A DNA stretch of 34,930 nucleotides, taken from contig JAQVAR010000002.1 of assembly GCA_028690725.1 (NCBI GenBank), positions 1-34,930 on the forward strand, in the 5' to 3' direction. Every line of letters begins with the position of its first letter. The first letter of the stretch is position 1. Source of the DNA: Candidatus Iainarchaeum sp. Its GTDB lineage: Archaea > Iainarchaeota > Iainarchaeia > Iainarchaeales > JAAZKV01. Position numbers and translations under genes: made by a program. Positions 7,636 through 17,056 of this stretch are shown here, piece by piece. Below the pieces are notes generated by a model. It saw only the letters and a list, made by a program, of their open reading frames with translations. It made no database searches and was not told where the DNA came from.

Positions 7636-9414
7636 CTATTTTTTTTTCGCTTCTTCTGGAAGAACAGAAATTAAGTTCAATTCATCCAATTGTTTTTTTG
7701 AAACAATTGAAGGAGAATTATCCATTGGCGAAGATGCAGATTTATTTTTTGGAAAAGCAATTGTTTCTCTAATATCATTTGAACCAGCAATTAACATTAC
7801 TAACCTGTCCAAACCAAATGCTAAACCACCATGAGGAGGAGCACCATATTTAAAAGCTTCTAAAAAGAAACCAAATTTTTCACTAGCTTCTTTATCAGAA
7901 ATTTTTAAAACATTAAAGATTCTTTTTTGTAATTCTGGATTGTGAATTCTTATACTCCCCCCACCGAGTTCAAAACCATTTAAAACCAAATCATAAGCAT
8001 TACTTTTAACAGAATAAGGATCAGACTCTAAAATATTTAAATGCTCTAATTTTGGAGATGTAAAAGGATGATGCAAAGCTTTTGGTCTTTGTTCTTCTTC
8101 ATCTAATTCAAACATTGGAAAATCAGTTACCCAAACAAAACACCATTTACTAATATCGATCAAATCAAATTTTTTTCCCAAATAATTTCTCAAATTTCCT
8201 AGAGAATCAAAAACAATTTTTTCTTTATCAGCAACAATCAACAAAATATCTCCTTCTTCAACTTTAGCAATTTTTATTAATTTTTTCAATGTTTCTTCCT
8301 TGAAAAATTTTGTAATATTACTTTCAAATTTTCCACCAACAAACTTTAATGTTGCCAAACCTTTTGCCTTATAAATTTTAATAAATTCTTCTAATTTTAA
8401 AATTTCATTTCTTGATAAATTTGCTTTTCCTTTTAGATTAATTCCTTTTATTAAACCTTTTTTTTCAACAATTGAATTAAAAACATTAAAATCGTCTTTT
8501 GACATTAATTCTGTTAAATCAATTAATTCTAAACCAAATCTTAAATCAGGTTTATCAATACCATATTTATTCATTACTTCATTATAAGACATTCTTTGAA
8601 AAGGAATTTTCAAATCAATATTCAAAATTTCTTTCCAAAGTTTTTTTATTAATTTTTCATGAACCAAAAAAATATCTTCTTGATTAACAAAACTCATTTC
8701 AACATCAATTTGAGTAAATTCGGGTTGTCTATCAGCCCTTAAATCTTCATCCCTAAAACATTTTGCTATTTGAAAATATTTATCAAAACCAGCAATCATT
8801 AACAATTGTTTAAATAATTGGGGACTTTGTGGCAGAGCATAAAATTTTCCCGGATTGACCCTACTTGGAACAAGATAATCTCTGGCCCCCTCAGGAGTAC
8901 TCTTTGCAAGAATAGGTGTTTCAATTTCAATAAAATTATTATCATTATAAAAATCTCGAACAACTTTAACAATATTGTGCCTTAAAAAAAATTTTTCTTG
9001 CATTTCTTTTTTTCTTAAAGACAAATATCTATATTTTAATAACAAATCTTCGTTAGTATTAGTTCTTTGAGTTAAATCAATTGGTAGTGGTTGCGCCTCA
9101 GCAATTATTTTAGATTCAACAACATTAATTTCAATTTCACCATTAAACATTTCCTTGTTTTCAGTTCCTAACGGCCTTTTTTTCACAATACCAATAATTT
9201 GTAAAATAAATTCTTTTCTCAACTTTTTTGCAATAATAGAAAGCTCTTTACTTTTTGAATGATCTAAAACTATTTGTGTAAAACCATACCTATCTCTTAA
9301 ATCAATAAAAGTTAAATTACCATGATCTCTTATAGTATCACACCAACCAACTAAAGTTACTTTTTTGCCAATATCTTTTAAAGATAATCCACCACAAGTA
9401 TTAGTTCTATACAT
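7636..9414 (-). CDS. aspS: aspartyl-tRNA synthetase, long bacterial-type form with insertion (GAD-like) domain
   Basis: 592 aa with an N-terminal OB anticodon-binding domain. Class II motifs are present (FRDEDLRADRQPEFTQID, GGGSIRIH, GLDRLVM). An insertion of about 130 aa starts at YGIDKPDLRFGLELIDLT. Confidence 0.92.
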   Translation of the reverse strand: MYRTNTCGGLSLKDIGKKVTLVGWCDTIRDHGNLTFIDLRDRYGFTQIVLDHSKSKELSIIAKKLRKEFILQIIGIVKKRPLGTENKEMFNGEIEINVVESKIIAEAQPLPIDLTQRTNTNEDLLLKYRYLSLRKKEMQEKFFLRHNIVKVVRDFYNDNNFIEIETPILAKSTPEGARDYLVPSRVNPGKFYALPQSPQLFKQLLMIAGFDKYFQIAKCFRDEDLRADRQPEFTQIDVEMSFVNQEDIFLVHEKLIKKLWKEILNIDLKIPFQRMSYNEVMNKYGIDKPDLRFGLELIDLTELMSKDDFNVFNSIVEKKGLIKGINLKGKANLSRNEILKLEEFIKIYKAKGLATLKFVGGKFESNITKFFKEETLKKLIKIAKVEEGDILLIVADKEKIVFDSLGNLRNYLGKKFDLIDISKWCFVWVTDFPMFELDEEEQRPKALHHPFTSPKLEHLNILESDPYSVKSNAYDLVLNGFELGGGSIRIHNPELQKRIFNVLKISDKEASEKFGFFLEAFKYGAPPHGGLAFGLDRLVMLIAGSNDIRETIAFPKNKSASSPMDNSPSIVSKKQLDELNLISVLPEEAKKK

Positions 9415-9492
9415 TATAACACAACAGAATCTTCTTCAAAAAAGTTTTTAAATAAAGCTAAAAATAACAAATTAAAAAAAATAATTAGAATT

Positions 9493-10464
9493 TTAAAAAT
9501 CAAACAAAACTTGTTGTTTATGATTTTTCAAAGGTTTTGAATTATAACCTAATCTATTTAGTTTTCTAGAAAATTCTTCACAAAAACCATGATCAGTTAA
9601 AACTATTTTTGGATTACTTTGTTCAACATAAGATACTAAATCATTAAAATCAGCATGATTACTAAGTGGAAATAATTTGTCATAACCTCTGGCAAAAGAC
9701 CACCCAGTAGCAAGTGCTGAAACAATTTTTCTTGAATCAAATTCTTTTAAAGTAGACAACAAAAATTTGTTTACTAATTGGGGAGGCATTATTAAAACAG
9801 AAAAATCTTTTAAATTATGATCTAATAATTCATAATCTCCTAAATTAATGTTATTAGAAGAATAAATTTTGTTCATTTCAAAAATACTTTCGTAAACAAG
9901 AGGGGTAAAACCAGCTTCATTAGAAATTTTTGTTAGTTCTTGTGCTTTTCCAAGAGAATATCCACTTAATAAAACAAGATTATTTTTGGCTTCTTTTGAA
10001 ATCCAAGAAACCATTTCGGAAACAACATCAAAATATTTTGGAAATTTATAAATAGGACTTCCAAAAGTAGTTTCTAAAACAAGTGTTTCTGAAGGCAAAG
10101 GAATTGCTCCTTTAAAAAAAAGAGAATCTTGTAATCTAAAATCAGAAGTAACAACAATCTCTTTATTATTAAAAATTTTTAATTGAGAAGAACCAAGTAT
10201 GTGCCCATTGGGATACAATTCTAATTCAAAATCATCAAACGTTTTTTTTGAAAAAAAATTAATTTCATTAAACTTAGTCTTCTTTCTAAAAAACCTTTTT
10301 TTTATTAAATCAATTGTTGGAGGAGTTGCAAAAAAATTTGATTTGTCTGAAAATTTAACGTGATCAGCGTGAGCATGAGTAAAAATAACATTTTTGTCAG
10401 TTGGAGATCTTGTCGGATCAATACACAAATTCCTAAAATTAATACCATTTTTTTGCTTAATCAT
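9493..10464 (-). CDS. metallo-beta-lactamase-fold, beta-CASP-like nuclease (short form, DNA-ligase-associated-exonuclease-like)
   Basis: 323 aa. Contains the HxHxDH motif (THAHADHV) and a C-terminal SNHADFNDL...LTDHG motif, as in beta-CASP enzymes. Confidence 0.7.
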   Translation of the reverse strand: MIKQKNGINFRNLCIDPTRSPTDKNVIFTHAHADHVKFSDKSNFFATPPTIDLIKKRFFRKKTKFNEINFFSKKTFDDFELELYPNGHILGSSQLKIFNNKEIVVTSDFRLQDSLFFKGAIPLPSETLVLETTFGSPIYKFPKYFDVVSEMVSWISKEAKNNLVLLSGYSLGKAQELTKISNEAGFTPLVYESIFEMNKIYSSNNINLGDYELLDHNLKDFSVLIMPPQLVNKFLLSTLKEFDSRKIVSALATGWSFARGYDKLFPLSNHADFNDLVSYVEQSNPKIVLTDHGFCEEFSRKLNRLGYNSKPLKNHKQQVLFDF

Positions 10465-10614
10465 AATTAGTTTTTATACTAATCAAAATAAAACACTTAT
10501 TAAACCACAAAAAAATATTAGCACAATTTCTTGAAAAAGCTTATTTTGATTAATAAGTTATTAAACTCAATTTGTTTAAGTAAATATTAAATACTTGAAA
10601 TTTGTAATAGTATC

Positions 10615-11658
10615 ATGAGTATTCTTGAAGAAAACGTAAATCTTACAATACAAAAAATTAATGCATTACATGATTTTGTAAACAAACAAGATTGGGGCGA
10701 ATTAAAAAGAGACGGATTTGTTTTTGAATTAGAAAAAAGTGTTGAAAAAATAAAAGAAGTTTTTGAGTTAATGAAACAAATTAATAAAGAAACTATAATG
10801 TTGTTAGAAAAAAATACTCCTGATATTAATCCTTTTTTGGAAAAAATAGAAAGAGAAATTATTATTTTTGAATCAAATATAAAAATGGAAAAAACTAAGA
10901 GAATGCGAATAGAACTAATAAATGAGAATGAACAAGTAGATGTTCCAGAATTATACAGAACACTACAAAACAAGTTACTTGAATTGAGTTTGAAAGCAAG
11001 ATATGAAATAGAAAAAATAAACAAATTTATGATTTCAAGAAAAACTCATTTCGTAAAAAAGGGAAGCACAGCAAAAGCATTAATAGAAATATTACAAAAA
11101 AGAGAAGAAGAGCTATCAGAAATAAGAAAAAAAAATGTTGAATTAAAAAGAAAAACTTTTTTTAAAGCAGAAGAAGCTAGCATAGCAGAAATAGAAGAAG
11201 AATTACATGAAAAGGACAAAGTATTAGAAGAATCGGTAAAAGAAACTAAAAAAGCATTGAAAACTCATTTAGCACAAATTAACTACGTTGAAGGAAGTTT
11301 TTCAAATTTAGAGAAAAAAATTTCATACATTGAAAGTATTCACTCAGATTTTACAAAAAAAACAATACAATTAATAATAGGATTAAAAAAAGAAAGAGAT
11401 TACGCAAGAAAAACGGCTTTAGAAATTGAAGAAGAAACATTAAAAGTAAGACAAGAACACACTAACCAAATAATTAATTTAAATGATCAAAAAAACATTT
11501 TAAAAGAAGAAATGGAAAAAAATTATTCGAGAGAAATAAAAAGATTAAAAAAAGAATTAGAAGAAAAAAATATTCCTATAAAAAACATGCAAAATTTAAT
11601 AGAAATGCAGGAAAAAGAAATAAAAAAATTAAAAGAAAAAACAAATTTTAAAAAATAA
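10615..11658 (+). CDS. hypothetical K/E-rich coiled-coil protein
   Basis: 347-aa ORF with heptad-like charged low-complexity sequence throughout. No catalytic motifs seen. Confidence 0.6.
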   Translation: MSILEENVNLTIQKINALHDFVNKQDWGELKRDGFVFELEKSVEKIKEVFELMKQINKETIMLLEKNTPDINPFLEKIEREIIIFESNIKMEKTKRMRIELINENEQVDVPELYRTLQNKLLELSLKARYEIEKINKFMISRKTHFVKKGSTAKALIEILQKREEELSEIRKKNVELKRKTFFKAEEASIAEIEEELHEKDKVLEESVKETKKALKTHLAQINYVEGSFSNLEKKISYIESIHSDFTKKTIQLIIGLKKERDYARKTALEIEEETLKVRQEHTNQIINLNDQKNILKEEMEKNYSREIKRLKKELEEKNIPIKNMQNLIEMQEKEIKKLKEKTNFKK

Positions 11659-11664
11659 GAAAAA

Positions 11665-12078
11665 TTATAAACCAAAATCTTTATCTTCAGGTTCAAACTC
11701 AACCTCATTAAAAAGAATATTAACAATCAAATCAACATATTTTTCAACCAACAAATCTTTTTGTTCAAAAAATTCTTCTTCGCCCAAATCCGAAAAATCA
11801 TCTATTTCAATCGCCTTTAATATCCTAATACCAGTTTTTAATTCAACATCAACTAGTTTTTCTAAAATAAAACTTTTTTGATCTTCATTGGTTGATACAA
11901 AAACAAAAATAAAATCACTTTCTTCTGTCTCTTCCAAAGCAACTATTGGCAAATCTTCCAAAAAAGGAACAAATCTTTCATTTAATTCTAAACCAGAAAC
12001 TTTTTTTGATAATTTTTCAGCAACATCTTTGAAAATATTAATTGAATCCTCTTTACAACCAACAAAGGAAATCTTCAT
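11665..12078 (-). CDS. hypothetical acidic protein
   Basis: ORF 11665..12111, with the likely start at MKISFVG (12078). The C-terminal half is acidic. No family is confidently recognised. Confidence 0.5.
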   Translation of the reverse strand: MKISFVGCKEDSINIFKDVAEKLSKKVSGLELNERFVPFLEDLPIVALEETEESDFIFVFVSTNEDQKSFILEKLVDVELKTGIRILKAIEIDDFSDLGEEEFFEQKDLLVEKYVDLIVNILFNEVEFEPEDKDFGL

Positions 12079-12235
12079 AAAAATAAAAATGAATAGAAGA
12101 AAATATAACATTTACTATTAAAAAAAACTAAAAAAAAAAGCAAAACAAATACAACAAAAAAAGATATAAACCAAATTTTTGAAGAAAAGAGTAACATTTA
12201 TAAAAATAAAAAACATATTTATTGCAGTGATTTAG

Positions 12236-13723
12236 TTGTTTGATAAAAGTTTTGATGAACCAAATTTTGGAAGTGATTATGATTCTTATGGAGAATATGA
12301 CTCTAATAAGAAGGATTTCAAAAAATATTTACCATTAATAATAATAGGAATAGTTGCAATAGTGATAATTGGTTTTGTATTAATGTTTTTTGGTTCACAA
12401 AAAGAAGTAACATTTAATATTAAAGAGTTGGATGGAGGGAGTGTTTCTAACGCAACATTAACTATTCGTTCTGGAAATGTTATTATTTATGAACCAAAAC
12501 AAGGCTCAACACACACAATGACATTAATGGTTGGGGAATACACATACACAGTTCTTTCTCCAGAGCATGACGCAAAAAGAAACGAAATATTAATAGTTGA
12601 CGACAAAATGACAGAAACAGTGACTCTTGAAAAAAATATTGATGCAACGCTAAGAGTTTTAGAAGGAATTAATAAAATATATTATGGACAAAAATTATCT
12701 GGGAAGATTCTTGTTGACGAAATACAACTTCCTTTAAGTGATCAAGAAATTGTTGCAAGCGATTCTGAAGAATTGTTAAAAATAAGTTTGAACCCAAACA
12801 AAATTTCTGCACAAAGTGGAGCAATAACAATTGATTATGAAATTGAAGTAACTAACAATAATTTTACAAAAAGTACTGATACTACTTTAACGTTTAGTTT
12901 GAAAGGAACAAAAAAAGCTTCTACAAAAGATAGTTTTGTTATAAACGTTAACCCAACTATAAGAGCATCTGAATTAGAAGAGACTAAAAGAGAAAAAAAT
13001 AAGCTTATAACTGATACAGACTTAGTTGCGGGAGAAGAAAAACAAATTGAATTAAAATTTAAGAACACTAATAAAAATATTAATGTTGAGAATGTTTCTT
13101 TTGAAATAATACCTGATTCAGGATATGAAGATCATGATTGGGAAATTTATTTAACAGGAAACGGAATAATTAACAAAATAGAAGCAAACAAAGGGGAAGA
13201 GACAATACAATTAAGAGTAAAACCAGCAATTACTGCTAATGTAGGAGATGAATTTAAAGGAAAATTAATAGTTAGTTCAAACAGTTTAGAAGAAAATAAA
13301 GAATATTTAATGATATTAAAAGTTTCAAGCGCAGTAGGCGTAAGTTTAGAATTAACAAACACAAATCTTCCTGAAATTGATTGTGGATACGAATGTGGAA
13401 ATATTAGAACATCAGCTCAAAGTAAACCATTAACACTTGAAAATAATGGAAATATTGAAGCAACAGATGTTAGAATAGAATTGGATTATGAAATGTCATT
13501 AGAATGTCGTGATTGGTTTGATATAATAAGTAGTTCCTTTGATGAAATAGAAGCAGGTGGAGAAAGAATATTAGACATTAAAATTCAACCATTATTTATA
13601 ACAGAAACAAAAACGACTCCTTGCTATTTGAAAATAACATATGTTGACCCAACAAAAACAGGAAGACAACTTTTGAGTGACACAATATTAAGAATAGAAA
13701 CGGATTATACAGAACCAAAGTAA
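12236..13723 (+). CDS. membrane-anchored surface protein with beta-rich (carboxypeptidase-regulatory/Ig-like) repeats
   Basis: 495 aa with a TTG start. A short acidic cytoplasmic tail precedes one TM segment (LPLIIIGIVAIVIIGFVLMFF). The long extracytoplasmic region is rich in T/N/E with beta-sandwich-like periodicity. Confidence 0.65.
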   Translation: MFDKSFDEPNFGSDYDSYGEYDSNKKDFKKYLPLIIIGIVAIVIIGFVLMFFGSQKEVTFNIKELDGGSVSNATLTIRSGNVIIYEPKQGSTHTMTLMVGEYTYTVLSPEHDAKRNEILIVDDKMTETVTLEKNIDATLRVLEGINKIYYGQKLSGKILVDEIQLPLSDQEIVASDSEELLKISLNPNKISAQSGAITIDYEIEVTNNNFTKSTDTTLTFSLKGTKKASTKDSFVINVNPTIRASELEETKREKNKLITDTDLVAGEEKQIELKFKNTNKNINVENVSFEIIPDSGYEDHDWEIYLTGNGIINKIEANKGEETIQLRVKPAITANVGDEFKGKLIVSSNSLEENKEYLMILKVSSAVGVSLELTNTNLPEIDCGYECGNIRTSAQSKPLTLENNGNIEATDVRIELDYEMSLECRDWFDIISSSFDEIEAGGERILDIKIQPLFITETKTTPCYLKITYVDPTKTGRQLLSDTILRIETDYTEPK

Positions 13724-13767
13724 AAAAAATAGAAATTATTAAATAGTCTTAATTCCTTTTAAATAAT

Positions 13768-14748
13768 ATGGATGATAATGTAACAGTTGGAATATACCTT
13801 TCAATATTAACAATAATTATAATAATATCAGGATACTTTTTTTCTTTAACTGGAATAAGATTAGAAAATTTTTTAACAATAAATTTGTTTCCATTAATAG
13901 ATTCAGTATTAACAATAAACTTTTTAATTTTCATTATTTTTGCATCAATTTCACTTTCAATAATAGGATTAATTATAAGAAAATTTAAAACAAAAATAGC
14001 AATGATATTAAGTTCTACAGGATATGCTATTGGGATTATTATTTCCTGTGCAATCTTTGGTCTTTTTGATTTTTTAATACCATTACTTTTTGGAATAATA
14101 GGAATAGTTTTTGCAACAATAACACAAGATAAAAAAGAAAAAGAATACAAATCAATGCCAATTTTAAGATCAGGAATGGCATCAAGCGGAAAAATTATTT
14201 CATTTATAGCTATAGGAGCAGTATTATTTACATTAACAATGACTTTAACAAACCAAAGTTCTTATGAAAAAAATTTTACTGATGGTTTTCTTAGTTTGTC
14301 TATAGGAGAAGAAGGAGATTTACAAAGTACTATAAAAGAACCATTGATTAATGCAATAGTAGATTCACAAAAACAAACAATTAATTCAATAAAAAATTTA
14401 AATAGTTTTTCAAAATTAAATGAAAAAAATGATTCGGAAGTTCTCACTTTTTTAATTGAATTTCAAACATTTGAAGCAACAATAAATTCAGAAGCATACA
14501 AACAAATAATGGAAGAACAATTTGATTTACAACAAGACCAAGGAATTAGTGAAAAAATAATGACAACAATACCTTTAGTAAATAATTTATCAAAAATGGC
14601 ATGGCTATTTTATACTTTAACAATATTTATTTTTATATTGATGATTGGAAATTTATTAGTAAAAAATATTTCAGGAATAATTTATTCAATTGTTATTTTT
14701 TATATTAAAGAAAAAGAAAATGAAACCTTAGAAAATACAAATTATTAA
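13768..14748 (+). CDS. hypothetical multi-pass membrane protein
   Basis: 326 aa. An N-terminal block of 4-5 TM segments is followed by a soluble loop of about 120 aa and a C-terminal TM pair. Confidence 0.6.
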   Translation: MDDNVTVGIYLSILTIIIIISGYFFSLTGIRLENFLTINLFPLIDSVLTINFLIFIIFASISLSIIGLIIRKFKTKIAMILSSTGYAIGIIISCAIFGLFDFLIPLLFGIIGIVFATITQDKKEKEYKSMPILRSGMASSGKIISFIAIGAVLFTLTMTLTNQSSYEKNFTDGFLSLSIGEEGDLQSTIKEPLINAIVDSQKQTINSIKNLNSFSKLNEKNDSEVLTFLIEFQTFEATINSEAYKQIMEEQFDLQQDQGISEKIMTTIPLVNNLSKMAWLFYTLTIFIFILMIGNLLVKNISGIIYSIVIFYIKEKENETLENTNY

Positions 14749-14773
14749 AAATAAGAGACAATAAATTTTTATT

Positions 14774-15352
14774 ATGGAAACAAAATTTGTTTTGGATGAT
14801 AAGAGCTTTAAAGCATTATCTGCTGAAAGTAGAGTTAACATATTAAAAAAATTAAAAGAAAGAAGAATGACTTTAAGTGAGCTAAGTAAAAAACTAATTT
14901 TAAAAAATTCAACAGTAAAAGAACATTGTGGTTTGCTAATTGAAGCAGAATTAGTAAAAAAAATAGACGAAGGAAGAAAATGGAAATATTATGAACTAAC
15001 AAACAAAGGGAAAAAAATAATTTCACCAAATCCCCTTGAAGAAATAAAAGTTTTAATTACACTAAGTTTTGGGGCAATAATATTTTCAATAATACTTTTA
15101 ATTTTGTTACAAAACAATATTTTTGAAACAAATAATGAAATGGGAACAGACCAATACTTAATACAAGGAGAACAAAATAGCATAATAAAAACTGATTTAG
15201 ACGACACAATAAGTTCAACGACAACATTAAGAGGAGTAAATTATAATTTGTATGCAACAAGCATAATTTTTGCTTTAATTATAGGAATATTTGTTGGTTG
15301 GTTTGTCAAAAAAAGTATAGCAACAAATAAAAGAATTGCTGATTCTTCTTAA
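14774..15352 (+). CDS. membrane-tethered ArsR-family winged-helix regulator
   Basis: N-terminal wHTH (SRVNILKKLKERRMTLSELSKKLILKNSTVKEHCGLLIEAELV...WKYYELTNKG). Two predicted TM segments follow (IKVLITLSFGAIIFSIILLILL and IIFALIIGIFVGWFV). Confidence 0.7.
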   Translation: METKFVLDDKSFKALSAESRVNILKKLKERRMTLSELSKKLILKNSTVKEHCGLLIEAELVKKIDEGRKWKYYELTNKGKKIISPNPLEEIKVLITLSFGAIIFSIILLILLQNNIFETNNEMGTDQYLIQGEQNSIIKTDLDDTISSTTTLRGVNYNLYATSIIFALIIGIFVGWFVKKSIATNKRIADSS

Positions 15353-15355
15353 TTT

Positions 15356-16228
15356 ATGTATGATGTAATAATTATTGGGGCTGGACCAGCAGGACTAACA
15401 GCTGGGTTATACTGTGCAAGATATGGTTTAAAAACAATAATATTAGAAAAAGGAATTATTGGAGGAACAGCAACTCTAGCAAGTACAATACAAAATTGGC
15501 CAGGAATTAAAAATATTTCTGGTTTCGAGTTAATGAATAATTTTAAAGAACAAGTAATATCTTTAGGAGTAGAAATAAAACAAGAACAAGTTTTAGAAAT
15601 AAAAGAAAAAAAAGTAATAACACAAGATAGGGAAATAGAATCAAAAGCAATAATTATTGCTGTTGGAAGTAAAAGTAAGTGGTTAAAAGTTAAAGGAGAA
15701 AAAGAATTTTTAAATAAAGGAGTTCACTTTTGTGCTACTTGTGATGGAGCAATGTACCAAGAAAAAGAAATTGTTGTAATAGGACATAATAACAGAGCAG
15801 TAGAAGAAGCAAATTATTTAAAAAAGATGGCAAAAAAAGTTTATTTGATTTCTTCAAAAAATGAATTAACTGCTGAAAAAGCAAAACAAGATTCTTTAAA
15901 AGGAGTTGAAATAATGCTTAATACGAATGTAATACGATTTGAGGGAACAAAATTTTTAGAAAAAATTGTTATAAAAAATAATTTTGGAAAAGAAAGTGAA
16001 ATTAGAGCAAATGCTGCTTTTGTTTATATTGGAACAGAACCAAACAGTGATTTTGTAAAAGTCAAAAAAGATAAATTGGGAAGAATAATAGTTGATGAAA
16101 AAATGCAAACAAATAAAAAAGGAATTTTTGCAATAGGAGATTGTATAAAAAAGGATTTAATGCAAATAATAACCGCTAGCGCAGAAGGCGCAATTGCAGC
16201 ACATTCAGTAGCAAACTATTTAAAATAA
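15356..16228 (+). CDS. thioredoxin reductase-like flavoprotein lacking canonical NADPH-binding motifs
   Basis: 290 aa. The FAD motif GAGPAG, the redox CATC motif and the C-terminal GD motif (FAIGDC) are present. GHNNRA sits where GGGxxA is expected, and SSKNELTA sits where HRRxxxR is expected. Confidence 0.85.
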   Translation: MYDVIIIGAGPAGLTAGLYCARYGLKTIILEKGIIGGTATLASTIQNWPGIKNISGFELMNNFKEQVISLGVEIKQEQVLEIKEKKVITQDREIESKAIIIAVGSKSKWLKVKGEKEFLNKGVHFCATCDGAMYQEKEIVVIGHNNRAVEEANYLKKMAKKVYLISSKNELTAEKAKQDSLKGVEIMLNTNVIRFEGTKFLEKIVIKNNFGKESEIRANAAFVYIGTEPNSDFVKVKKDKLGRIIVDEKMQTNKKGIFAIGDCIKKDLMQIITASAEGAIAAHSVANYLK

Positions 16229-16251
16229 TCTTTTAATCAAATAAAAAAAAG

Positions 16252-16722
16252 TTAATCAATTCTTTTTGCTGAAAAATCATTTTGTTTTTCATCAAAATCT
16301 ATTTTAACACCTTTTAAAAAACGTCTAACCTTTTCATTTATCACAATTTTAAAACCTTTTTCCAAAATTATTTCATCACTAAATTTTTTATTAGTAGTAT
16401 TGAAATCAAAACCACCAAAAATAGGAAAAATTCTAATATATTTATTATTACTCTCATTTAACTTTTGTTTCAGTTTAGAAAATGCTTTTTTAGTAAAATC
16501 AAAATCTGGTAAAGAATCAAATTTTTTAATCTGTTCATTTGCTTCTTTAATCAAATTATCAATTTCTTTGGCATTTAAACTGTGTGCTTTACAACCATCT
16601 TCAATTGATTCCATTGCAGAAACATGACAACTAGCACAATGCAAACCAAATTTAACTAAAATAGGACTAACTTCTGGAAAATTATCTACTACTTCCTTTA
16701 AATTATCTTTTTTATCAATCAT
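16252..16722 (-). CDS. DUF1858 (hybrid-cluster-protein-associated redox disulfide) domain protein with a HesB/IscA-like C-terminal domain
   Basis: The N-terminus (VVDNFPEVSPILVKFGLHCASCHVSAMESIEDGCKAH) matches the DUF1858 CxxC pattern. The C-terminus (IRIFPIFGGFDF...IDFDE) resembles the HesB/IscA fold but has no Cys ligands. Confidence 0.6.
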   Translation of the reverse strand: MIDKKDNLKEVVDNFPEVSPILVKFGLHCASCHVSAMESIEDGCKAHSLNAKEIDNLIKEANEQIKKFDSLPDFDFTKKAFSKLKQKLNESNNKYIRIFPIFGGFDFNTTNKKFSDEIILEKGFKIVINEKVRRFLKGVKIDFDEKQNDFSAKRID

Positions 16723-16821
16723 AAATAAAATTAATAACAGAAATAATATATACTTAATGGAGAAGAAAAAATTTTAAAAAAAACTTGTTTGAATATTTTA
16801 ACAAATTTTTTAAATAATTTT

Positions 16822-17019
16822 TTACTTACTAACCTTTTTTATTTTTTTTAAAATTAAATTTTTTTGCTTTCTACTAGTAAAAGTTTTTCCAAACCTTACT
16901 AAAATAGGATTAATATTATTCCATTTATTTTTAGGAAAAAAATTCTTCAAATCTTCTTCAATCTTTCTTGTATTTTTATTTTTTGTCCAACCAAGTTTTC
17001 TTGAAATATAAAAAACATG
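16822..17019 (-). pseudogene. relic 3' fragment of an endonuclease III-like gene (65 codons plus stop, no start codon, no 5' part)
   Basis: Minus-strand translation is HVFYISRKLGWTKNKNTRKIEEDLKNFFPKNKWNNINPILVRFGKTFTSRKQKNLILKKIKKVSK*. It aligns colinearly with residues 140-203 of the intact gene at 18056..18667. By hand count about 36 of 64 positions are identical. Homology stops abruptly 5' of the His codon. Confidence 0.75.
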
Positions 17020-17056
17020 ACATAATAATAAAAGTATTTTGGATTAAAATATTTTA

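Noticed and set aside
10587-11024. 145-aa minus-strand ORF antisense to the coiled-coil gene. Similar antisense or alternate-frame ORFs occur at 397..603, 1144..1392, 12835..13068, 13749..14150, 21389..21622, 21707..22165, 25441..25782 and 32956..33288.
   Set aside because: All are embedded in better-supported genes on the other strand or frame. Their low-complexity F/I/L/S-rich translations are typical of antisense reading of AT-rich coding DNA, and none has a recognisable motif.
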